Below, in pieces: positions 8,855 to 20,205 of a stretch of DNA of 64,000 nucleotides (position 1 is the first letter of the stretch; each line of letters starts with the position of its first letter). The DNA is from Candidatus Bathyarchaeota archaeon (GTDB lineage Archaea > Thermoproteota > Bathyarchaeia > Bathyarchaeales > Bathycorpusculaceae): positions 20,860 through 84,859 of the forward strand of contig CAWABA010000003.1 in the NCBI GenBank assembly GCA_963780185.1. The letters run 5' to 3'. Made by a program: the position numbers and the translations under genes. Below the pieces are notes generated by a model. The model was given only the letters and a program-made list of their open reading frames with translations, did not search any database and was not told the DNA's origin.

Positions 8855-11043
8855 TGCTCTTTCCTCCTGATTGCTTGGTTGGGGCAGACGGCTTCGCAGA
8901 CGCCGCATCCGTAGCAGAGCGACGCGTCAACCGCGACTTTGCCGTTTGCTTTCTGGATGGCTGGGCAACCGAAGGCTTTGGTGCAGACTTCGCAGTCATT
9001 ACATTTCTCCGTGACTTCTCTGGGGTTGCCTCGTTCAACCAGAAGCGGACAGGCTCGCTGAGAAATGACGACTGAGGGACCATCATAATCGATAATTTTC
9101 CTAAGCGCGGAAATGGTGCCGTCTATGTCGTAGGGGTCAACAACAACCACTTTGTCCACTCCGAGACCCCGAACAACATCCACCAGCTTCAGAATTTTGG
9201 CGTCCGTGCCCATCGCGGTTTTTCCCGTTTCAGGCGTCGGCTGATGCCCAGTCATCGCAACCGTCGTGTTATCCATAATGACCACGCAAACATCAGCCCG
9301 ATTCCACACCAGATTCATCAAGCCGGGCATGCCAGCATGGAAAAACGTTGAGTCACCGATAACCGAGAAAACCTTGTCTTTAACGCCAGCATGAACCATG
9401 CCTGCAGCCTGCGAAATCCCAGCGCCCATGCAAAGGCAAGATTGAACCGTGTTGATAGGCGGCAAGACGCCAAGGGTGTAGCAGCCGATGTCGCCTGTGA
9501 CGATTTTGTCGTTTGATTTTCCCGACAAACTCAGAGCGCCTTCGGGGCAAAGGGGGATGCATTTGGGGTCTCCGCCGCAGGTGTCGCATATCATGGCTTT
9601 GCGGGTAGCGGGGTTTAGCGTTACGGCGCCGAACTTGCAGGCTTCTATGCACCAGTCGCAGCCCTTGCACTTATCCATATCAACCAGAATCGCGCCTGTT
9701 TGGCTTGAACGTGTCAACGCTTTTTCGGGGCAAGCCGTGGTGCAGGGGGCTTCAATGCAGGCTTTGCAGGTTATCGCTGTGTTGAAGATTTGGCCAAGCC
9801 GCACTGAGCGAATCCGCGATTTAAGCGGGTTAAAAACATGTTCCTTCTCGAAGGAGCAAGCGTATTCGCAGATGTCGCAGCCGACGCATTTGTCGTTGTC
9901 GCAGTTAACGTATTGGTTCACCATGTTCAACGAGTAGTAGAATGCTCGGTGGGGGCAGCCGGGGCACAGGTTTGGCGGTCTAGGCTGCAAATCCAAAACC
10001 TCGGGGGCTTGCGCTTTCTCCGTTAGCTTTAGGCTTGCGAAGGCTTGGCGTACATTGTCGGGTGTTAACTCGCCGATTTCCTCCAAGCCCAATTGAGTTT
10101 TTCCTAGGGCTTGCAGACCCAGCCGCTGAATGTTTTCTTCCAAGTAGGGCCGTAGCTCTTCGATTACTATGATTTTTTTTACTTTAAGCGCAAATCTTTG
10201 AACAATCTCATGGGGAAAAGGATGCACAAAACCCAGCTTCAGCCACGAAAACTTTTTGGTGTCAAGCACTGAGCGGGCATAGTAGTAGCCTACGCCGCTG
10301 CCGATGATTCCGACGTCGCTGCCGTTGTCTTCAATCACGTTGAATTTTGAGTGGTTAACAAAAGTTTTTGTTTCCGCCAACTTCACCTCTAAAACACGGT
10401 GCTGCCGAATGGCGTTAGAGGGAACCATCACCCATTTTGAACCTTGCTTATCAAAATCAGCTCTGCGGCTCAACTTATGCAGACGACCCAGTTTTACCCG
10501 AGCCTTCCCATGAGCAACCCTCGTTGTTAAACGCAAAATGATGGGCAAATGCAGGCTTTCACTTATTTCAAACGCCTCTCGAGCCATATCCAAGGCTTCC
10601 TGCGGGTTACCTGCATCCAGCAGAGGCAACTTGGAGTGAACCGCAAAGTACCGCGTGTCCTGCTCGTTTTGGCTACTATGCAACGCAGGGTCGTCGCACA
10701 CCGCAATCACCATTCCGCCTTCAACGCCAGTGTAAGCCAACGTCATAGCGGCGTCTGCAGCGACATTTAAGCCGACATGTTTCATAGAAACAATGGAGCG
10801 CACGCCAGCCATCGAAGCGCCCGCAGCTACCTCGGTGGCGACGATTTCGTTTAGGCTCCACTCTGCGTAGATGCCGAATTCTTTTGAGGCTTCAGCGAGG
10901 GTTTCCAAAATTTCTGTGGCGGGTGTTCCAGGGTAGGAAGCAGCTACTTTGACGGCGGCTTCAATTGCGCCTCTTGCAACTGCTTCATCGCCGTTAAGCA
11001 AGGCAAAACTGCCCGGCTTATCTGCAGCAATTTTGGAAGTCAT
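8851..11043 (-). CDS. iorA: Indolepyruvate:ferredoxin oxidoreductase alpha subunit with inserted polyferredoxin domain
   Basis: YPGTP, MKHVGLNVAAD, SSQNEQDTR, RPPNLCPGCPHR, GDIGCYTLG, IGDSTFFH, TAMTGHQP-like motif, C-terminal ferredoxin. Confidence 0.93.
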   Translation of the reverse strand: MTSKIAADKPGSFALLNGDEAVARGAIEAAVKVAASYPGTPATEILETLAEASKEFGIYAEWSLNEIVATEVAAGASMAGVRSIVSMKHVGLNVAADAAMTLAYTGVEGGMVIAVCDDPALHSSQNEQDTRYFAVHSKLPLLDAGNPQEALDMAREAFEISESLHLPIILRLTTRVAHGKARVKLGRLHKLSRRADFDKQGSKWVMVPSNAIRQHRVLEVKLAETKTFVNHSKFNVIEDNGSDVGIIGSGVGYYYARSVLDTKKFSWLKLGFVHPFPHEIVQRFALKVKKIIVIEELRPYLEENIQRLGLQALGKTQLGLEEIGELTPDNVRQAFASLKLTEKAQAPEVLDLQPRPPNLCPGCPHRAFYYSLNMVNQYVNCDNDKCVGCDICEYACSFEKEHVFNPLKSRIRSVRLGQIFNTAITCKACIEAPCTTACPEKALTRSSQTGAILVDMDKCKGCDWCIEACKFGAVTLNPATRKAMICDTCGGDPKCIPLCPEGALSLSGKSNDKIVTGDIGCYTLGVLPPINTVQSCLCMGAGISQAAGMVHAGVKDKVFSVIGDSTFFHAGMPGLMNLVWNRADVCVVIMDNTTVAMTGHQPTPETGKTAMGTDAKILKLVDVVRGLGVDKVVVVDPYDIDGTISALRKIIDYDGPSVVISQRACPLLVERGNPREVTEKCNDCEVCTKAFGCPAIQKANGKVAVDASLCYGCGVCEAVCPNQAIRRKEQ

Positions 11044-11055
11044 AGGTTTAGTCCA

Positions 11056-12375
11056 CTACATTTTGCCTTTGCGTAAGTCCAGAACTCTCTTTGCTTTTCC
11101 TTCAGTTCGCGGAAGCTCACCCGGCTTCACAATTTCCACGTCAGCCGAAATGCCGGTTACGATGTGGATTTGTTTGGATATGCCGTTTTTCAGCGCGGTC
11201 ACATCGACTTTCGGGTCTTTAGCGGCTTTGTCAGATAATTCAACCTTAACCACAAACGTGTCCAAAGCGCCTGGTCTATCGACGACAATCAGGTATTGAG
11301 CGGCAAGTTCCGAGAAACACATAACCGCGTACTCAACCTGCGATGGAAACACGTTTACTCCACGAATAATGAGCATGTCATCTGACCTGCCGGTAACCCG
11401 CATCATCCTGGCGTGCGTGCGTCCGCAGCCGCAGGTTTCGGTTTCTATTTTGGAGATGTCTCGGGTTCTGTAGCGGAGCATCGGAAGCCCACGCTTAGTC
11501 AAGCCGGTGAAGACTATTTCGCCTTCTTCGCCTGGAGGCAGAACCTCGCCTGTGTCAGGGTCGATTGTCTCAACGATGAAGTGGTCTTCCCAAACATGCA
11601 AGCCCTTATGCTCGGCGCATTCAACTGCGACGCCTGGACCGCAAAGCTCAGTTAATCCGTAAACGTCAAAAGCCGTGATGCCTAAGTCGCTCTCGATTCG
11701 CTCCCTAATCTTGTCTGACCACGGCTCCGCCCCAAACATGCCCAGCCTGAGTTTAAGGTCTTTTCTTGGGTCTACGCCTTCCTGAGCCATGGTTTCAGCC
11801 AAGTAAACCGCGAAGCTCGGGGTACAAGCCAGAATTGTGACGCCTAAATCTTTCATAAGCTTGATTTGGCGCTGAGTCATTCCGCCGCTTGCAGGAACTA
11901 TTTTTGCTCCGAGTTTTTGGGCGCCGTAATGGAAGCCTAAGCCGCCGGTGAATAAGCCGTAGCCGTAGGCGATGTGTATGGTGTCTTGGCGTCTTCCGCC
12001 TGCAGTGTAAATGGACCTTGCCATCAACTCCTGCCAAATAGCCATGTCGTTTTGAGTGTAGAGTCCAACGATGGGGTTTCCCGTTGTGCCGCTGGAGGCA
12101 TGGATTTCCACTATCTCGTCGGATTTTGCGGCAACCATCCCGAAGGGGTAGTTTTCTTTCAGATCGTTTTTTATGGTGAAAGGAATCTTTGTGAGGTCGT
12201 CAAGTGAACGGATACTGTCAGGTTTCAACCCGACGCCGTCAAATTTTTTCTTGTAAAAAGCACTATTTTCGTAACAATATTTCACCAGCCCTTTTAGTTC
12301 TTTTAGCTGGTGTTGTTTCAGTTCCTTAGCAGGCATGGTTTCGATTTTCTTGTTCCAGTATGTTGCGTCTACCAT
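11056..12375 (-). CDS. paaK: Phenylacetate-CoA ligase family
   Basis: HASSGTTGNP, YGYGLFTGGLG, GAEPWS, YRTRD, GRSDDMLIIRGVNVFPSQ. Confidence 0.93.
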   Translation of the reverse strand: MVDATYWNKKIETMPAKELKQHQLKELKGLVKYCYENSAFYKKKFDGVGLKPDSIRSLDDLTKIPFTIKNDLKENYPFGMVAAKSDEIVEIHASSGTTGNPIVGLYTQNDMAIWQELMARSIYTAGGRRQDTIHIAYGYGLFTGGLGFHYGAQKLGAKIVPASGGMTQRQIKLMKDLGVTILACTPSFAVYLAETMAQEGVDPRKDLKLRLGMFGAEPWSDKIRERIESDLGITAFDVYGLTELCGPGVAVECAEHKGLHVWEDHFIVETIDPDTGEVLPPGEEGEIVFTGLTKRGLPMLRYRTRDISKIETETCGCGRTHARMMRVTGRSDDMLIIRGVNVFPSQVEYAVMCFSELAAQYLIVVDRPGALDTFVVKVELSDKAAKDPKVDVTALKNGISKQIHIVTGISADVEIVKPGELPRTEGKAKRVLDLRKGKM

Positions 12376-12801
12376 ATTTGCGCCCCTCTCTTTAGAGCCG
12401 TCAGATAACATTCTCTTATGCGTCTATTAGATAAAAGTTCCCAATTTAGCCGCCTTTCACGGCATTTTTACGTATGGGAAACCCGGCTGCGGGCAAAAAG
12501 TCTGGGTGCAAAAAAGTTGTTACTTTTGGCTTATAGTTGCTGCAGAATTTGTGATGCCTCCTGTGAGATGGAAAAAGCTGTTTTTGGGTTTTTGGTTAAA
12601 AAAACATTTTTAATTTGCTGGCTTGACAGGCGTGCTCTTACCTGAGGACGGGGTTTGCTGAGGCGGGCGCATTTCGAAGGAAGAAAAGAGAAAAATGCAA
12701 ACTAACTGTGAGAATGTATCCGTCGTCTTCTCAGCCCGTGGTCTTCTTGCCGTTTGCGATTCAGATACAAAAAAAGGGAAAAAATGGTTGTGTGTGTTTG
12801 T

Positions 12802-15747
12802 TTATGGTTTTTTCCTGAGCATCAGAACAACTGCGACGGCGAGTGCGATGATTACCGCGATGGCTGAGCCAAGGGTGTAGGTCATTAGGTCTGAGGTCGT
12901 GGCGACATTGTTCATCGGTGTAGCGGTGGGTGTTACCGATACCGCATTTTGGATTGTCATGCCTGTTTGCGCTGAGGATCCCCAGTAAGCGTTGGTGCCT
13001 CCGAATGTGGCGGTGATTAGATAGTTGCCAGGAATGCTTGGAGGCGCCCACGTGTAAGTGTATATGCCAGTGTCTGTTGTGTTTGCATCGCCTATGTGGA
13101 TCAGGTTGTTGTTAGGGTCGATTGCGTCTATGGAGACAGTTACGCCTTGGAAGCTTGTGGGTTTAGCTTGCTGCTGGTAAACGTAGCCCATCCAGCCTTG
13201 CATTATTGAATCCGCTGCACATGGCACTCCGTTGGGGAAGTCCGATGCCTGCTGATCCTGTTTTGTGCCGGCTGAAATATCCAACACCGTGCCTTGAATT
13301 ACGACGTTGGTTCCTGCAATAACAGAAGTCTGAGGTGCCTGCACTGTTGCGGCGCTTGGTCCTCTGCCAATGCTGTAGATTTGGTTGTTGTAGCCGTTCA
13401 TGGTCGCCACGTAGCCGTTTGCAGTTGCCCATGAATAGCCGCTGGTGGGTGACCACTCGCTCGGGTAACCTGAAAGCGACCATATCAGTTTTCCAGTGGT
13501 AGCGTTGACGGCCTGATAGGTTGCGCCCTTGTAAAGCGGATCGGGGATTGTGTGTTCGGTTGTGGCTATGTAAACAACGCCATTGGAAATGGATTGTATG
13601 AAGGTTGGATAATCGCCGTAAGAAGTGTTGAAGCCAGCGTAGGTACTGTTGCCTGTGCCTCCGTTTCCGTAGGTCCACGTCAGAGTTCCAGTTAAATCGT
13701 TGCGGCAGTAGAGTACTCCTCCGAAGCAGCAGTCGTAGAGATTGCCGTAAGCCATTTGACCGGCGTATCCGTTTGGTGTTTCATAGTAGTCGAAGGGTAC
13801 TTCTGTTGCAGTTGGACCCCATAGAGAATTGCCGTTATCCAGATTGAATCCTACCCATTGCATGGTTTCGTGGTAATAGGCAGTGAAGGCGCGTGTTTGG
13901 AAGTCGACTGCGCCCCATTCTATAGTGAGGTTGCCTGCTGGCGGGTCATAGGTCTTCATCCAAAGTATTAAACCGATTGCGCCTTTAGACGCGTTGAGGT
14001 TGACAGCGAACATCGTGAATGGAAGCTGCGGATAGCCATTGCCGTTTCCCGCAAAGCCTGAGGGTAAGGAGCCGTTTCTGCAGAGCATAATGTCGCCGTA
14101 GTCGGCTGCAATTATTGTTGCAGGGTTTGTTCCCGCTGCCGGTGTGGTATATTGACCTGTTACGCTGTTGTACGTGGGTTGTAAGGGCATGCTGTTTAGC
14201 CATGACGCGGATACGTTCCAGTCATAAGTTGTCAGAGAACCGCTGTTGATTTTAGCGATTGAAGTGGTTGTTGACCCAGGGGCAAGTGCATTGGAGTTCA
14301 GTGGAATGTTGCCGTTGACGGTAATCGGTGACCCATATAGGACTACGCTGCTGGTACCGGAGGGTGCGCCTGGCGGTAGAGTTCCAGTTTCACCTGCAAG
14401 CGGAATTGGAATTGTCGGAATTAAGAGTCCATTGGAGCCATTTATTATTGACGGTGATAAACTTCCGCCGCCTGTGTACGGGTTAGTGTCGTATTGCCAC
14501 AGTTTAGAAGAGTTCCACTCGGCTAAGATACCAGTTTGGGTTTGAAGCTGTGCCAGCATTATTGAAGACGAATCTTAGTTGTTCACCGCTTGGACCCGCT
14601 GCGGATGTTCCTGTCGGGACGCCTGTTACGTTGAAAAGCGGCAGTCCTGTGTATGCGTCGAAGGCGCGTGCGAAGTTGGCTGTGAAAAGTATTGGTGCAA
14701 AAGTGCCGTGTTGGTCAGGGTCCCAAAGGTTGTAGATGTAGCCGAATGAGATTGGTGGTATAGTTGAGAAGAAGACCAGAGCACTTTCCCTGTCTGCAAG
14801 TTAACGCAAACTTCTGGGCCGCTGTTCGGTCCTGTGTAGGACACAGGTTGTGTGTAGTAGAGGTATCCGTCGATTATTATGGGGTTAACGAACCTTGGCT
14901 GATATGCCGTACCCTCGAAATAGGACACTCCGTAAGCCGCACCGCTAGGGTCGGAACCTCCTGCGGGGTACATGTTTCCACCCACAACTCCACCAAATTG
15001 GAGTTGGCTTGTCCACATGATGTGCCCAGTTAGAGGTCCTACGGCGTCGGGATGGTAATATGCACAGCTTGTGTAGCCTCCCAGAATTGGCGATCCTGAA
15101 CCAAGCCAATTTGAAGCCAAGGTATACCAATTGGAGTTTTCGCCGTAAATCGGGGTTTCCCAGTAAGCAATTGGTAGCGGTTCGCTAGTTGTAGCTGGAG
15201 GAATTGGTGTTTGCTGAACAGTGAGGGTTGTTGATGCAGTGCTCGGCAGGTAAGTGTCGCCCATCAACGATGATTGGGCGTAGCCGTTGCCGTTCGCTCC
15301 GTAAACTTGTCCTTGATAAGTAAAGTTAAGATTGTAAGTGCCAGTCATTGAAGGAGTGAAGGCGTAGAGTTGTGATGATGTTGAGTCTGTGATAATAGGC
15401 CAGGTTTGAGACGTAACTTTTCCGTCAGGGTCAGTAATGGTGAGCTGATAGTTGTGGAATCTGTAGTTGTTTGACATTAAAGCTGTGCTCGCTGTTGTAC
15501 CGTTTGTCCCTACTGCCGCGGTTGAACCGCCGGCGGCGCCGTAAACGCAGTCAAGCCACATGTAAATGATCATTGATTGGCCGACACCGATGGGGTTAGG
15601 TTCTGCATTGATGTACGCGTATGTCGGAATACTCCATGTAGGCGAATGTGCGCAAGCATTTGGGAATAGCGTCATCGAAAATGTCAATGAAAGCATAAAG
15701 GATAAAACAATCATTATAGCTGCTATCTTTTTTTTATTATTTTTCAA
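12802..15747 (-). CDS. Large secreted PQQ-type beta-propeller surface protein; two apparent frameshifts (~14755, ~14525)
   Basis: PNPIGVGQ, PIYGEN, HIMW, GELIW-type repeats (TGKVLW, TGKLIW), C-terminal IQGTVLDISAGTKQ..FPNGVP and TM+RKKP; intervening frame reads SFGYIYNLWDPDQHG..NWYL. Confidence 0.8.
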
Positions 15748-15911
15748 TTGCTTTTTCTCCTTTTTTTATGGCTCCCGTGTTGTCTGCGAAGAAATTTAAG
15801 CACTTGTAAGGAGCGCATCTTCCAACATGATGGAAGAAACAGGAGCGATTTGAGAAAAATCTTTAAACCTTCACCAGCTTTACAGAGCAAACTGGTGTTG
15901 AGACGGTTCAA

Positions 15912-16743
15912 TTGATTCATGACAATGAATACATTCAACGGCTAATGGATTTGGGATTAACATTACTTCAGGCCAAAATCTACCTGAGTCTCAGCGAGTT
16001 CGAGAAAGCAGAAATAAGAAAAATGTCAAAAGCTTCAAACGTAGCACGAACAGACATATACCGGTTAATGCCCGAACTGGAAAAACTGGGGTTGGCAGAA
16101 AAAATAATAGCGTCACCCACCAGCTACAGAGCAACCCCGCTAAACGAAGGCTTTTCAATTCTGCTTGAAAACAAAAAAAAAGGAATACTCAGAAATAGAA
16201 ACAAAAACCAACTTGCTTCTCAATAAATATCCGAGCAATGCAGTAGATGATCTGCAGGATGATTCGCAGTTCATAATCACTTCCGAAAGAAAGCTTCTTT
16301 CTAGATCGCACAAGAAGGAAATCCAGATTGCTCAAACAAGTATAGACCTTATGGTCTCATCAGCAAGAGCTAATGCGATGGTGTTTTTTGACCATCTTGC
16401 GAACCTTGAAAGAGCGATGAAAAATGGAGTAAAAATTCGTTTGGTCACACCGGAAGCTGATGCACTTTTCTCTGGAGAGCTTGATGCATTAGCAAAGAAT
16501 CCTATGTTTGATTTTAGATTTTCGTCTAATCCTGAAATTTCTGGAATGTTCATTTTCGATAAGAAAGTAATGACTCTACGCATGTCTGAAACCGATCGCG
16601 TACCCAGTTTATGGTCAAATAATCGCTATGTCCTAAGGTTGGCTCAATCTTTTTTTGACAACATCTGGAACACGGCAAGAAACCAAGACGAATTTGAGAT
16701 GGAAAAAGCCTATCATGATTATGTTTCCCAGAAACATTCATAG
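15912..16743 (+). CDS. TrmB-family transcriptional regulator; frameshift in the A-run near 16175
   Basis: LGLTLLQAKIYLSL, VARTDIYRLM..LEKLGL wHTH; PLD-like C-terminal half (GVKIRLVT, IFDKK, LWSNN). Confidence 0.82.
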
Positions 16744-16924
16744 CCAGAACCCCTTCGATGTTAAAACAAAAAAGAATAATGGGAAAGTGCGGCGCGGGGT
16801 GAATTCCACCACCAAGCAGGCTTGTAGATAAAATTCCCCACTTCCGCCTTATAACATGATTCATACAAAAACCGAAAATCAACGCTTGCTTCGCTAGAAA
16901 ACTAAACCAAAAGAGGCTGGTTAG

Positions 16925-17587
16925 TTAAACTCCCTGCCCACGCGACATTCTGCGCGTTATGAGCTTGATTTGCCGCTGCAAAGTAAGCGTGAACGGGATA
17001 GGCTGCCCAAAAGGCTCACATTGCCCCTTCAGAATCGCCGCAACAATCGCGTCAACGGTGGGTTCGGAATCAATAGCTGTGTACCCGTAGCCGATTGTTG
17101 GACCATAATGAGCGTCTGTTCCCCCCGTCTGGGGGAGCTTGAGTTTCTGCGCTATTTCCGTTGCCTTGCGTTTGCAGCGACCAAACGGGAAAGCGTTAGC
17201 GTTCAAAGTTTCTACAGCGTCAAATTTCGCCTCCTCCACATGGCTTGCCAGGCTGCCTTTGAACCATGCGTAGGGGTGAACGGCAATGGCTATTCCGCCT
17301 GCCCGATGGATTCGATCAACCGTTTCCCCAGCGGTTAAGCCTCGGGGAATCAACTCTTTGAGGTTCAATGCAACTATGTGTCCGTCTGCGCTTGAAACTT
17401 CCATGCCTGGAATTACGAGAAAGTCGGCTTCTTTAGCAATTTTTAGGCTGCCTTCAATCTGGTTATGGTCGGTCACAGCGACGGCGTTCAACCCGCGTTT
17501 TTTGGCGTAGTAAACGAGGTCTTTGGGGGTTATCAGCGAGTCTTTTGAGTAGTTACTGTGAACGTGAAGGTCAGCGTTGACTCGCAT
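16925..17587 (-). CDS. PHP-domain metal-dependent phosphoesterase
   Basis: DLHVHSNYSKDS, AVTDHN, GMEVSSADGH, GGTDAH. Confidence 0.9.
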   Translation of the reverse strand: MRVNADLHVHSNYSKDSLITPKDLVYYAKKRGLNAVAVTDHNQIEGSLKIAKEADFLVIPGMEVSSADGHIVALNLKELIPRGLTAGETVDRIHRAGGIAIAVHPYAWFKGSLASHVEEAKFDAVETLNANAFPFGRCKRKATEIAQKLKLPQTGGTDAHYGPTIGYGYTAIDSEPTVDAIVAAILKGQCEPFGQPIPFTLTLQRQIKLITRRMSRGQGV

Positions 17588-17601
17588 GGTTTAGTCTCAT
17601 T

Positions 17602-19305
17602 TTATTTTGGCTTATTAGGCAGTTTCTTTCTAACCTCAGAAAGTTGCTCTTCCAACTTTGATTCGTCACCCTCAATTTTGTGGAAAAGCGGTTTTGGCTT
17701 GGCTATTTTGTGTCCCGCTTCAATGGGGTTTGTGGCGTCGCTCCAGCCGCCGCTTTTACTTACGTTTCCAGGCAGGTTGAGTGTTTGCCAAAGCTGCTCT
17801 GCCGTCTCGGGAATAAACGCCGCAGAAACCACGGTAGCGGCTTTAACCACTTGGGCGGCGACGTAGAAGATGGTTGCGGCTTTTTCTTTGTCTGTTTTCA
17901 TCAGGTTCCACGGTTCTTTATCGTTGAGGTATTGGTTTCCGATTCGGCTTATTGAAATCAGGGTGTTTGCTGCGGATTGGAGTTTTGAGGCTTCGATTTC
18001 TTGGGCGGCAGCTGCCACTTTTTCCTTGATTGCCGCAAGGATTGCTTCGTCGTCTTTGTCAAGTTTTGTCGGCTCGGGGATTGTGGAGTCGAATTTTGAG
18101 GCGATAAAGCTTAGGGTTCGGTGGATGAAGTTGCCGAAGGTGTCGTTGAGGTCGGCGTTGATTTTGTCGATAAACGCGGTCCAGGTGAAGTTGGTGTCTT
18201 TGCTTTCGGGACGGGTCGCGATGAGGAAGAAACGCCAGTAATCTGCGGGGAACATTTCTAAAGCTTCGTCGATCCAGATGCCGACGCGTTGGCTTTTTGA
18301 GGCTTTTTGCCCCTTGAACTGGAGGAATTCTGTGGCAGAAACGTTCCATGGCAGATTGTAGCCTTGCCCCGAAGCTAAAAGCAGCGCGGGGAGGATTATT
18401 GTGTGGAAGGGGATGTTGTCTTTTCCGACGAAATAGAGGGTTTTGGCTTGATTGTTAAACCAGAATTCACGCCACTTCTCAGGCTCACCTAGGCGTTGGC
18501 ACTGCTCAATGGTTGCTGACACATAGCCTAGCACCGCGTCAACCCAAACGTAGATGGTTTTGCCTTCTGCCCCAGCGAACGGCGCAGGGATTCCCCATTC
18601 GACGTCGCGGGTGACGGCTCGGGGTTTTAAGCCTTCGCGTATCCAGTTTAAACTGAAGCTTTTGACGTTGCTTGGAAGCTGCTGGTTGTTTTGCAGGTAG
18701 TCTGTGAGGGGTTCGGCGAGTTTGGAGAGGTCTATGTACCAGTGCCGCGTGGTTTTCACGGTTGGCTTGTTCTTGCAGATGACACAGTACGGCTCTATCA
18801 GGTTGGTTGGCTCCAGCAGTCTGCCGCACATGTCGCATTGGTCGCCGCGGGCTTTTTCGCAGCCGCAGTATGGACATTTGCCTTCGACGAAGCGGTCAGG
18901 CAGAAAACGCTGGTCATGCTCGCAGTAAAGCATCTGGGTTTCCTGCTCGAAGATGTACCCGTTCTTTTGGATTTCAAGCAAGGTTTTCTGGACAAACTGC
19001 TTGTGAATGGGGCTCTCCGTGCTTGTGTAATTGTCAAAGGAGGCTTCCCACCGATTGAAGAGCTCGGCGACGCGGGCGTGGTTTCGGTCGGTTAACTCTT
19101 TAGGTTTGATGCCTTGTTTGATGGCTTCGACCTCGATGGGTGTGCCATGCGTGTCTGAACCGCTGACCATCAAAACATCGTCGCCTCTTAGCCTGTAGTA
19201 CCGTGCTGTAACGTCGGCGGAAAGCACTGAGCCTACGAGGTTGCCCAGATGCGGCGTCACGTTGATGTATGGCCAAGCGGATGTAACTAAAACTTTTTCA
19301 GGCAA
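17602..19305 (-). CDS. metG: Methionyl-tRNA synthetase (short form, no C-terminal OB domain)
   Basis: SAWPYIN..HLGN (HIGH), zinc knuckles, GKDNIPFH, KASKS (KMSKS). Confidence 0.96.
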   Translation of the reverse strand: MPEKVLVTSAWPYINVTPHLGNLVGSVLSADVTARYYRLRGDDVLMVSGSDTHGTPIEVEAIKQGIKPKELTDRNHARVAELFNRWEASFDNYTSTESPIHKQFVQKTLLEIQKNGYIFEQETQMLYCEHDQRFLPDRFVEGKCPYCGCEKARGDQCDMCGRLLEPTNLIEPYCVICKNKPTVKTTRHWYIDLSKLAEPLTDYLQNNQQLPSNVKSFSLNWIREGLKPRAVTRDVEWGIPAPFAGAEGKTIYVWVDAVLGYVSATIEQCQRLGEPEKWREFWFNNQAKTLYFVGKDNIPFHTIILPALLLASGQGYNLPWNVSATEFLQFKGQKASKSQRVGIWIDEALEMFPADYWRFFLIATRPESKDTNFTWTAFIDKINADLNDTFGNFIHRTLSFIASKFDSTIPEPTKLDKDDEAILAAIKEKVAAAAQEIEASKLQSAANTLISISRIGNQYLNDKEPWNLMKTDKEKAATIFYVAAQVVKAATVVSAAFIPETAEQLWQTLNLPGNVSKSGGWSDATNPIEAGHKIAKPKPLFHKIEGDESKLEEQLSEVRKKLPNKPK

Positions 19306-19480
19306 ACGTAATCATCACAAGGGGTTTGGTACCGCCCTTATTTAAAATTACTAGCCCCAATTTGGCAAGAAGAAAGCTGGGCAGGTCTGTTCTTTTTGCA
19401 GCAATCCGCAGCAAAAGTAGACTTAACCTTCACCAAGAAATCGTCTAATGAATTCGTTGTGGACTCTTAGACAGACCTAC

Positions 19481-19861
19481 TTATTGAAGAACTGATCGCG
19501 CCGAAACTATCGGGGCAACCTGCATTCCGAGGTTGTTGTCGCCTGACAGGTTTTTGCAGATCAAGTTAAGTGAGTTTTCTGTGAAGCTCAAGACGCTTTT
19601 TCCATCGTTTGTGAGTTCGTACATTTTCCGCGGTCTTTCCGAATTCATGTTCCAGACGCTTTTCAGGTAGCCTTTTTTCTCGAGTAGTGCCAGCAGGGGG
19701 TATATGGTGCTGGGTCCGAAGTAGACGCCGTAGGTTTTGCGGATTTTGGTGATGAGTTGGTATCCGTGCATGGATTCTTTTTCTAGGTACTGGAGGATTA
19801 TCATGTCTAGTAGGCCTTTGGTGAGTTTTGTTTGGGTTTCTTTTTGGTAGTTGTTGATCAT
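19481..19861 (-). CDS. PadR-family transcriptional regulator
   Basis: MHGYQLI, GPSTIYPLL..LEKKG, RKMYELT..G. Confidence 0.9.
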   Translation of the reverse strand: MINNYQKETQTKLTKGLLDMIILQYLEKESMHGYQLITKIRKTYGVYFGPSTIYPLLALLEKKGYLKSVWNMNSERPRKMYELTNDGKSVLSFTENSLNLICKNLSGDNNLGMQVAPIVSARSVLQ

Positions 19862-20205
19862 TTTTGTTTTTTCTCCTGTTGTTGTGTCGTACAGATGTAC
19901 AATATGTCTTTTTAAGACATATTTCTTATGTCTTCATAGTGTCAAAACAGCCACTTAAACCCTCGCACATACCCCACACATACCAAAGCATACCCAAAAA
20001 CTTCAATTGTACAACACAACTACACATCAATACGTAAAACAAGTCCAAAAAACCAAAATTTCAACCAAGCCAAAGCCCAAAACCAACTGTACAACACATA
20101 AACAGAAAAATGAGCCAAAGCCTAAGCAGGCAGCGGCGAAAGGTCAAATTTAGCTAATTTTATTTAAGTTAGTTCGGCATTAGCACGAGTTGATAGGCGA
20201 AGAAC

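Noticed and set aside
17558-19095. Numerous antisense ORFs over metG and other core genes
   Set aside because: Shadow frames of well-supported genes
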